Source: an uncultured Gammaproteobacteria bacterium (GTDB taxonomy: Bacteria; Pseudomonadota; Gammaproteobacteria; UBA9214). From it: a stretch of 64,000 bases of DNA. The stretch is from contig CAVYZN010000017.1 of assembly GCA_963773065.1 (NCBI GenBank), forward strand, positions 107,887-171,886, given 5' to 3'. Below, piece by piece: positions 56,500-64,000 of the stretch (positions are counted from its first letter, which is position 1; each line of letters opens with the position of its first letter). The translations under genes were made by a program, and so were the position numbers. Below the pieces are notes generated by a model that searched no databases, had not been told where the DNA came from, and saw only the letters and a program-made list of their open reading frames with translations.

Positions 56500-57267
56500 A
56501 TGAAAATCGCCACCTGGAACGTCAATTCCCTGAAGGTGCGCCTGCCGCAGGTGCTCGACTGGCTCGCCGCGAACGCGCCCGACGTGCTGTGCCTGCAGGA
56601 AACCAAACTGACGGATGACAACTTTCCGGCCGGGGACATCGAGGCCGCCGGTTATCACGTCGTCTACGCCGGCGAGAAGACCTACAACGGCGTGGCCGTG
56701 ATCAGCCGGCAACAGGTCACCGATATCGTCACCGACCCGACTGGTCTCGACGACCCGCAACGCCGCATTCTGGGCGCAACCTGCAATGGCATCCGCGTAC
56801 TGAACCTCTACGTCGTCAACGGCCAGGAGGTGGGCAGCGAGAAATACGCCTGGAAACTGGAATGGCTTTCCCGCGTCAGCCGTTACATCGAATCCCAGCT
56901 CCGGGAACATGACCATCTGGTGGTGCTGGGTGATTTCAATATCGCACCCGAGGACCGCGATGTGCACGACCCCGAGGCATGGCGCGAACGCATCCTCTGT
57001 TCCACGCCGGAGCGTGCGGCGCTCAAGGCCATGCTGGCGCTGGGCCTGGTGGACACCTTCCGGCTGTTCGAACAGGAGGAAAAGAGTTTCAGTTGGTGGG
57101 ACTACCGCGCCGCCGCCTTCCGCCGCAATCTGGGTCTGCGCATCGACCTGATCCTCGCCAGCCGGTCCCTGGCGGGCAGTTGCACCGCCTGCCGCATCGA
57201 CAAGGAACCCCGACGCCTGGAGCGGCCTTCGGACCATGCGCCGGTTATCGCCGAATTCAATATTTAG
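56500..57267 (+). CDS. xth: Exodeoxyribonuclease III
   Basis: MKIATWNVNS, LQETK, YNGVA, GDFNIAP, GLRID, SDHAPV. Confidence 0.97.
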   Translation: MKIATWNVNSLKVRLPQVLDWLAANAPDVLCLQETKLTDDNFPAGDIEAAGYHVVYAGEKTYNGVAVISRQQVTDIVTDPTGLDDPQRRILGATCNGIRVLNLYVVNGQEVGSEKYAWKLEWLSRVSRYIESQLREHDHLVVLGDFNIAPEDRDVHDPEAWRERILCSTPERAALKAMLALGLVDTFRLFEQEEKSFSWWDYRAAAFRRNLGLRIDLILASRSLAGSCTACRIDKEPRRLERPSDHAPVIAEFNI

Positions 57268-57289
57268 AGTTCGCATTAAAATTGGTTAA

Positions 57290-58871
57290 CTGAAGTTTAG
57301 ACACTCGCAGCCTTTGCCCGACGCCGAGGGCATCCAGGCTACGCGAGAAATATTTTCAAAAAATGCAGAAAAAGCTTGACATGAAATTCGATTTGCGAGG
57401 TCGCCGCGTTGCTCGCTCGGTGTTGTTTTTAGAGCGAGCAACGCGGCGACCAATGAAGGGTTTTCGATCTCGGATACCCTCTCATGTTGCTCACCGCCCA
57501 AGTTTGCCTGCTGCTCTCGGAATGGATTTCCTTTCTTCTGCTGGCCGTTCCACCACGCTCCCGTCGGACGTTTGTCGAACTCCTGATCGGTTGCATGCTC
57601 AACCCGGAAGGCTGGGTCACCCGCGCCATCGGGGCCATTCGCCGCGAGGCGCACTGGACCACCTATTACAAGCTGATCGAGCGAGCGCAGGTATCGGTCG
57701 CCGACTTGTCCGTCCGTTTGCTGCAATTGGTGCAAGCGGTGTTCCCGAACGAACTGGTGAATCTGATCATCGACGATACGCTGGTTCCGCGTTGCGCGAA
57801 GTCGGGACCTGGTATCAGTATCAAACACGATCACAGCCACAAGGCCAATCGGCCCACCTTTCTGAACAGCCAGTGCTGGGTCACGCTGGCACTGGTCGTG
57901 CGCGTCAGGCTGGGCTCGGCGCTGACGATACCGATCCGCTCCTGGTTGGTCGAAGAATCGGGCCAACGCGGCAAGCTCTGGGTGGCGAGGCAACTGATCG
58001 ATTCGATCAGGGGGCACGTCAAGGAGGTGCGTTTGCTGATCGATGCATGGTTCATGCGCAAGCGCCTGATTCTGCCCTTGCTCGAACAGAAGGTGCGCAT
58101 CATCGGGCAGGTGCGGCGGGATACGGCGCTGTTTCTGCCGCCGGAGTCGGAACCGAAGCGCCGGGGGCCGAAACGCAAATACGGGCAGCGGATCGATGCG
58201 GCCATGCTGGATACGCTGCCCGCGCAGGAGATCGAACTGATGCTGTACGGCAAGATGCAGCGGGTGAGGCTGCGCTCGGTCACCGCCGTGGTGCGATTCC
58301 TGAAGGGGGTGCCGGTGCGGGCGGTGTGGTGCGAGATGCGCCAGGACGACAACACCTGGTCGCGTCCGCGATTGATTCTGGCGACCGAGACAGAACTGTC
58401 GGCTCAAGCCGTGGTGGAAATCTACGCCGAGCGCTGGGGTATCGAGCCGTTGTTTCACAACCTGAAGCGATGGTGGGGAATGACGAACCTGTGGCAGCAA
58501 TCGAAGGCCGCACTGGAACTGTGGATGCAGGTTCGTTCCACGGCGTATGCCCTGGTGCAATTGCTCGCCCTGAAGTTGTGGGAATTCTTCCCGTTGATGG
58601 AGATCGCACCTTGGCGCAAGGGAGCGTTGATTACGGCTGGACTTTTCGGCCAGTGGATGCGCATCCAATTTATCGGACTTCGCGTGCGCGATGCCTGCAA
58701 TCCGAAGTCGGGGAATTTTGTGATGCCTTTCCCTGTGCAGGATCAGCGTTTGCAGTGTTGAAGTATGCGGCATCGCGTTTGTCGGTTTCGAATCGTGTTC
58801 TTTACGTTTGTCGTGCCTCGCCAGCATGGATAATTCAGGGCGGCAGGCAACGGCGTGTGTCTAAACTTCAG
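57290..58871 (+). mobile_element. IS701/IS4-like insertion sequence, 1582 bp
   Basis: 15-bp perfect TIR CTGAAGTTTAGACAC; 29-bp flanking direct repeat at 57261-57289 and 58872-58900. Confidence 0.9.
57484..58761 (+). CDS. DDE transposase (IS701/IS4 superfamily)
   Basis: LIIDDT, LIDAWF, YAERWGIEPLFHNLK (YREK-type motif). Confidence 0.92.
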   Translation: MLLTAQVCLLLSEWISFLLLAVPPRSRRTFVELLIGCMLNPEGWVTRAIGAIRREAHWTTYYKLIERAQVSVADLSVRLLQLVQAVFPNELVNLIIDDTLVPRCAKSGPGISIKHDHSHKANRPTFLNSQCWVTLALVVRVRLGSALTIPIRSWLVEESGQRGKLWVARQLIDSIRGHVKEVRLLIDAWFMRKRLILPLLEQKVRIIGQVRRDTALFLPPESEPKRRGPKRKYGQRIDAAMLDTLPAQEIELMLYGKMQRVRLRSVTAVVRFLKGVPVRAVWCEMRQDDNTWSRPRLILATETELSAQAVVEIYAERWGIEPLFHNLKRWWGMTNLWQQSKAALELWMQVRSTAYALVQLLALKLWEFFPLMEIAPWRKGALITAGLFGQWMRIQFIGLRVRDACNPKSGNFVMPFPVQDQRLQC

Positions 58872-58938
58872 TATTTAGAGTTCGCGTTAAAATTGGTTAA
58901 TTAGCATTATTTTTTTATATCCTTTTGTAATATAAATA

Positions 58939-59820
58939 TTAACCAGACCGTTGCGGAAAACAGGACCGCAGCCCGGCTTCCAGATCCGGGTATTGCAGGA
59001 TAACCCCGAGATCGTGCAGCAGCTTGCGGTTATGCATGCGGCGGGAATCCTGCAGGAAGGAAAGCATGCCCTCGGACAGCACCTGCTGCGCCTCTTCCCG
59101 GCTCACCACGGGCGGCCGCGGCAGGCCGGCGGCGTCGGCAACCTTGAAAAAGTAATCCGTCATGGTGCTCGGATGGCCGTCACTGACGTTGTAGACCGTA
59201 TTGTGATGATCGTTGTCCAGTGCCGCCACGCAGATGGCCGCCAGGTCGTCCGCGTGGATGCGGTTAGTGTAGGGCGCATCCGCCTCGCGCAGCACCGGCA
59301 GGCCCTCGCGCAGGCGCGCAAGCGGCAGCTTGCCCGGCCCGTAAATGCCCGGCACACGCAGGATGACCCATTCCACCCCGCGGCGTTCCGCCCATGCCCG
59401 CAACTGCTGTTCGGCATCGAGGCGCCGCACGCCACGCTCCGTCGCCGGCTGTACCGGCTGTTCCTCGGTGATCCAGGCACCGTGGCAATCCCCGTACACG
59501 GCGCTGGTGCTGATATAGACGATGCGCCGCGGGCACGATGATTCATTCAGCGCCTCAAGAAACCCCCACATCCGCGTATCCTGCGCGCCCGTGGATGGCG
59601 GCGGCGCGAAATAACAGATGCCACCGTAACCCCGCAATTCCGGGATATGTTGGGCGCCGGCATCGAGGTCGAGACATAGCGCGTCGATGCCGAGCGCGCG
59701 CAACTCACCGGCACTCTCCGGTGAACGCACCACCCCCGTGACGCCCTGGCCACGCGCGCGCAGCAGCACCGCCACGCGGCGGCCGATATGCCCGCAACCC
59801 ACGATTAACACAGACTCCAT
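58939..59820 (-). CDS. NAD-dependent epimerase / SDR oxidoreductase (YeeZ-like)
   Basis: IVGCGHIG, YISTSAVYGD, LRVPGIYGP, NRIHADDLA. Confidence 0.9.
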   Translation of the reverse strand: MESVLIVGCGHIGRRVAVLLRARGQGVTGVVRSPESAGELRALGIDALCLDLDAGAQHIPELRGYGGICYFAPPPSTGAQDTRMWGFLEALNESSCPRRIVYISTSAVYGDCHGAWITEEQPVQPATERGVRRLDAEQQLRAWAERRGVEWVILRVPGIYGPGKLPLARLREGLPVLREADAPYTNRIHADDLAAICVAALDNDHHNTVYNVSDGHPSTMTDYFFKVADAAGLPRPPVVSREEAQQVLSEGMLSFLQDSRRMHNRKLLHDLGVILQYPDLEAGLRSCFPQRSG

Positions 59821-59885
59821 CGGTTTTTCTCCCCGGCGAATTCAACGACAATGCCGCACGACTCTCCTATAGCGTAAGCACTTGA

Positions 59886-60911
59886 ATGACATACCAGGTC
59901 ACCATCCGGCCCAGTGGTCATGCGTTCACGGTCGGGCAAACCGAGTCCGTCCTCGAGGCCGCGCTGCGCCAGGGCATTATACTGCCCTATGGCTGCCGCA
60001 ACGGCGCCTGCGGCTCCTGCCTGGGCGCCGTGCTGTCCGGAGCGGTGCGCTATCCCGGCGACCCGCCGCCCGCACTCGCCGCGGCGCAGGCCACGGAAGG
60101 CAAGGCCCTGTTCTGCCAGGCGCGCGCCGCCAGCGACCTGGTCATCGGCGTGCGCGAAGTCGAAGCCGTGCAGGATATCGAGATCAGGACCCTGCCCTGC
60201 CGCGTGGCCCGTCTCGAACACCTCGCACCCGATGTCATCCGCATTTATCTGAAGGTTCCGCAGACCCAGCGTCTGCAGTTCCTCGCCGGCCAGTACGTCA
60301 ACATCCTCCTCAAGGGCCACAAGCCGCGCGCCTTTTCCATCGCCAATGCACCGCACGCCGATGAATTCATCGAACTGCACATCCGTTATGTGGAAGGCGG
60401 TCTTTTCACCGACCAGGTCTTTCATCAGATGCGGGAGAAGACGCTGCTGCGCTTTCAGGGTCCGCTGGGAACCTTCTTCCTGCGCGAGGACACGGAGCGG
60501 CCGGCCATCCTGATCGGCGGCGGCACCGGCTTTGCGCCGCTGAAGGGCATGCTGGAACACGCCTTCGAGATCGGCTGGCGGCAACCGCTGCACCTGTTCT
60601 GGGGCGCGCGCGCCCGGCGGGACCTGTACCTGGATGAACTACCCCGGCACTGGGCAGGGGCGCATGAGAACTTCCGCTACACGCCGGTACTCTCCGAACC
60701 CGCACCTGGCGATGCATGGGCGGGTGAGACGGGGTTGGTGACCGATGCCGTGGTGAGGCATTATCCGCAGCTCGCGCCCTTCGATATCTACCTGAGCGGC
60801 CCCCCCGTCATGGTGCAGGCGGGTCATGGCCTGTTTCTCACCCACGGCCTGGATGAGTCGCGATTCTTCTCCGATGCCTTCGAGTACGCCGCAGTCGCCG
60901 AAACGAAGTAG
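59886..60911 (+). CDS. CDP-6-deoxy-delta-3,4-glucoseen reductase-like 2Fe-2S/FAD/NAD oxidoreductase
   Basis: GCRNGACGSC, FLAGQY, RAFSIA, GPLG, GGTGFAP. Confidence 0.9.
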   Translation: MTYQVTIRPSGHAFTVGQTESVLEAALRQGIILPYGCRNGACGSCLGAVLSGAVRYPGDPPPALAAAQATEGKALFCQARAASDLVIGVREVEAVQDIEIRTLPCRVARLEHLAPDVIRIYLKVPQTQRLQFLAGQYVNILLKGHKPRAFSIANAPHADEFIELHIRYVEGGLFTDQVFHQMREKTLLRFQGPLGTFFLREDTERPAILIGGGTGFAPLKGMLEHAFEIGWRQPLHLFWGARARRDLYLDELPRHWAGAHENFRYTPVLSEPAPGDAWAGETGLVTDAVVRHYPQLAPFDIYLSGPPVMVQAGHGLFLTHGLDESRFFSDAFEYAAVAETK

Positions 60912-61042
60912 TGTCCATCGATAAAGAAACAAGTTCACCGCAGAGACGCAAAGAACGCAGAGGAATTTAATTGTTTTCGTTAACGATCTTCTCTGCGAAC
61001 TTTGCGTCTCTGCGGTAAAAACAAGTGTTCATGGATGGACAC
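60911..61042. mobile_element. MITE-like element with an internal long hairpin
   Basis: Ends GTGTCCATC/GATGGACAC; flanking GAAGTA duplicated; internal ACCGCAGAGACGCAAAG / CTTTGCGTCTCTGCGGT. Confidence 0.75.
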
Positions 61043-61103
61043 GAAGTAGCTGCACTGCCTCTGCCACGAGAGAACCGTTCCTTCTGCCGATTCGAGGTCA
61101 GCG

Positions 61104-61898
61104 CTACGGTTTGGCGGCGCCGCCTGAGACATAGTCCAGCAGCACGGCGAGGATCGCCTCGTCGCTGGCGTTGGCCGCCACCAGCGGCCGATGCTTGAAC
61201 CCCAGTTCCACGGCCAGCACCGTCTGGCGCTCACTGATCACGACCAGGCGCATCTCGCGCAGCAACGGCTGGCCCGGCGGACCGGCCATGACATGGAGGT
61301 TCTGCAGCGATTCGTTGCTGGTGATGGTGATGAGATCCACGGCACCCGGCTGCCAGTAGTGCGCGATGGCGCCGGGATCGATCACCGGACAGGCGCGCCG
61401 GTAGACCTCGACATACTCGACGTTGGCGCCGCGTTCAACCAGGACATCGCGCAGGACATCGCGGCCGCCATTGCCCCGAAAGATGACCACCCGCCTGCCG
61501 CTCATGTCCTGCAGTTCATCCAACGCCAGCAGGGCCTCGCTGTTGAACTGGTGCACCGGCACGAGATCCACGGTGAGGCCGTAGCGTGCCAGGGCCTGGG
61601 CGGAAGACGCACCGACCGTCGCGACCTTGACCCTAGCCGGCCAGTCGCGCCGCGCCCGGATGAACTCCATGCCGCGATTAACGGCATTCACGCTGATGAA
61701 TACCGCCAGATCATAGGATTCAAGGGTAGCCACCACGGTTTCAAGATGAGACACATCCGGGAGATCCCGGATTTCCAGCGCCGGCAGACGCAGCGCCTCA
61801 CCCCCCGCAGCGGCAATCAACTGGCACAGGGGCTCCGACTGGTCGGCAGGGCGGGTGACCAGCACGCGCAGGCCGTGTAATTCACCGTGCGTGCTCAT
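61104..61898 (-). CDS. hemD: Uroporphyrinogen-III synthase
   Basis: VLVTRP, FISVNAV, SEALL, RGNGGR, VYRR, TS. Confidence 0.95.
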   Translation of the reverse strand: MSTHGELHGLRVLVTRPADQSEPLCQLIAAAGGEALRLPALEIRDLPDVSHLETVVATLESYDLAVFISVNAVNRGMEFIRARRDWPARVKVATVGASSAQALARYGLTVDLVPVHQFNSEALLALDELQDMSGRRVVIFRGNGGRDVLRDVLVERGANVEYVEVYRRACPVIDPGAIAHYWQPGAVDLITITSNESLQNLHVMAGPPGQPLLREMRLVVISERQTVLAVELGFKHRPLVAANASDEAILAVLLDYVSGGAAKP

Positions 61899-62043
61899 CG
61901 CCACACCCTTGAACGGTGGCTGGTCTGGATCCTTCGGCATCAACTATCACGAAGGAATTCCTCTCAGCCGCACCTGCGCGCGCCAGACTGGCTGGCAAAA
62001 GGTTTGTGACCTCGTGACTCATAAGGACTGTTTGTGGCGGCTA

Positions 62044-62975
62044 TCAATTACCGCCCAGCAGTTCATCGAGGATACGGCGCGCGCCACGCGCGAGCAGGTC
62101 CTCGGCCAGTTCGCGCCCCAGGGATTCGGCATCCTGCGTCGGGCCGCTGATCTGGTCACGCACGATCTCACTGCCATCCGGCCTGCCGACCAGTCCACGC
62201 AATTCGATATGGTCATCGCTCAGCAGTGAAAAACCGGCGATCGGCGTCTGGCAACCGCCCGAGAGCGCGGCGTTGAGGGCACGCTCCGCCTGGAGGCGCA
62301 ACCGGGTCTGTGCGTGATTCAGGGTCTCGATCAACTGCCTGACGGGCTCATCATCGAGCCGGCATTCGATGCCGATGACGCCTTGCCCGATGGCCGGCAA
62401 CAGCTCTTCCGGGGTCAGCGCGCGGGTGATGCGCGCCGCCATCCCCAGGCGTTTCAGCCCGGCGCAGGCCAGCACGATGGCGTCATAATCGCCATTGTCC
62501 AGTCGTGCCAGGCGGGTGTTCACGTTGCCGCGCAGGTCGAGCAGTTGCAGATCCGGACGCCAGGCGCGCAACTGGCACTGGCGGCGCAGACTGGAGGTTC
62601 CGACACGGGCGCCCTGCGGCAGTTCCGCGATCGTCCCATAGCGGTTCGAAACGAAGGCATCCCGCGGGTCCTCACGCTCGAGTATGGCGCCGATGCCCAG
62701 CCCGGGGGAAACTCGGCCGGGACGTCTTTCATGGAGTGCACCGCCATATCGGCGCGTCCCTCCAACATGCCCTGTTCGAGCTCCTTGACGAACAGACCCT
62801 TGCCGCCGATTCTGGCGAGCGGACTGTCCAGCACGCGGTCACCCTGCGTGGTCATGGTTACCAGTTCAACCTGAAGTCCGGGATGGGCTTCCAGCAGGCG
62901 GGCGCGCACATGCTCGGCCTGCCAGAGCGCCAGCGGACTTTTACGGGTTGCGATGCGCAAGCGTTCGATTGACAT
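62044..62975 (-). CDS. hemC: Hydroxymethylbilane synthase; frameshift near 62700
   Basis: [45 protein letters not shown]. Confidence 0.96.
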
Positions 62976-63153
62976 CTGCGATCATTGCCTTGTTAATCGC
63001 AAGAGGCTCCGGAAAGGCCCTGCAGTGAATGCTCCATGAAGCGATTATACAAGCCTGTCCTGATTGGAGGTGCATTATTCTGGCTATTCGCGCTGCTCGC
63101 ATGGACGAAGGTGGCCATCCCCGTCACGCGCGATCTGATAAGCCCGCTACGCC

Positions 63154-63894
63154 TCAGGACTGCAGTGATTTGATCAACCGGCGCAGGTCCGCGAGATGGC
63201 GGCGGCTGATTTCCAGTGGCTCCTCGATATCGCGCAGCCGCACACGGAGCTGGCCTGTGGCATCCCGCTCGAGTCCGACCAGGTAGGCCGGTGCGATCAG
63301 GGCATTGCGGTGTATGCGGATAAAGCGCTCCGCAAACTCCTCTTCCAGTGATTTAAGCGATTCTTCGATCAGCACCCGGCTGTCGGGCGTAGCGACCGTG
63401 ACATACTTCTGGTCGGCCAGGAAATAGCGTATCTCCTCCACCGCAAGCAGTTGCAGGCTGCCGCGAACGCGGGCGCAGATGCGCTTGCGCACCCCCACCT
63501 CCCCGTCGGTCATCTGCAGTGCAGCAACCTGCGCGCGCGTCAGACGCCGGCTGTTCTCCAGCGCCTTCGCCAGCCGTTCCTGGCGCACGGGCTTGAGCAG
63601 ATAATCCACGGCATGAGTCTCGAAAGCTGCCAGCGCATGATCACTGTAGGCGGTGGTAAAAATAACCGCGGGCGGCTGTTCCAGCGTGAGCAGATGGCGC
63701 GCCGCCTCCAATCCATCCATGCTCGGCATGCGGATATCCATCAACAGAACGTCCGGCTTATGTCGTGCGCATTGCGCGAGGGCCTCCTCGCCATCGGCCG
63801 CCTCGCCGCACACCGAACAGCCATCCAAGGTTTCCACCATGCGCCGCAGACGATCGCGCGCCGGCATCTCGTCGTCGACGACCAGCACCTTCAT
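63154..63894 (-). CDS. algR: LytTR response regulator (AlgR-type)
   Basis: VVDDE, MDIRMP, DYLLKP, ADQKYV, RIHRNAL, ISRR; upstream of hemC as in Pseudomonas. Confidence 0.85.
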   Translation of the reverse strand: MKVLVVDDEMPARDRLRRMVETLDGCSVCGEAADGEEALAQCARHKPDVLLMDIRMPSMDGLEAARHLLTLEQPPAVIFTTAYSDHALAAFETHAVDYLLKPVRQERLAKALENSRRLTRAQVAALQMTDGEVGVRKRICARVRGSLQLLAVEEIRYFLADQKYVTVATPDSRVLIEESLKSLEEEFAERFIRIHRNALIAPAYLVGLERDATGQLRVRLRDIEEPLEISRRHLADLRRLIKSLQS

Positions 63895-64000
63895 GGTATC
63901 TTAACCCCGGGAAAGCAAATCCCTACCCGGTAAATCCCATCCCCCAGGGAGGTCTCCAATCGCGCCCTTGCGCCGAAGGCCAACGCCAGGCGCTGGCGGA
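63891..64000 (-). CDS. 3' end of an AlgZ/FimS-type sensor kinase (partial)
   Basis: RQRLALAFGARARLET...YRVGICFP; stop overlaps the algR ATG. Confidence 0.65.
   Translation of the reverse strand, partial: RQRLALAFGARARLETSLGDGIYRVGICFPGVKIP

Larger units (their letters stand above)
48082..56516. mobile_element. Type I R-M island bounded by the 16-bp direct repeat TGAAAATCGCCACCTG
   Basis: Identical 16-mers at 48082-48097 and 56501-56516 (xth start). Confidence 0.7.

Noticed and set aside
57286-58904. Two 513-aa ORFs overlapping the transposase (57286-58827 minus, 57363-58904 plus)
   Set aside because: Alternative-frame ORFs in GC-rich IS sequence with no recognisable motifs; both cross the element ends.

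Overview
Gammaproteobacterial chromosome segment (GC-rich; rhodanese plus DsrE2 suggests a sulfur oxidiser). A conserved backbone (rpoD, tRNA-Ile2, tatABC, hisBHAFIE, ntrYX, rsmB-fmt-def, dprA-smg-topA-tsaC-hemF, hemB-aroE, prlC, xth, hemCD, algRZ) carries two accessory regions. (1) ~0.8-13.3 kb, next to the tRNA: secreted/surface protein genes, two IS21 end relics, and a phage-tail-like SGNH esterase gene cut by three IS elements; it can be rebuilt in frame across two of them. (2) 48.1-56.5 kb: a type I restriction-modification island bounded by a 16-bp duplication of the xth start. Its cargo genes (GIY-YIG, MNT, BRO-like, Fic) sit between diverged duplicates of hsdM/hsdS/hsdR termini, and most are preceded by a REP-like palindrome that has also inserted into coding sequence. 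Also seen: an IS with a 29-bp target duplication, a candidate sigma28 sRNA, a structured RNA candidate, a MITE and a deleted trkAH locus. Many single-base frameshifts in core genes point to sequencing indel errors, so frameshifts alone are not treated as biology. All family assignments come from motif recognition; no searches were run.
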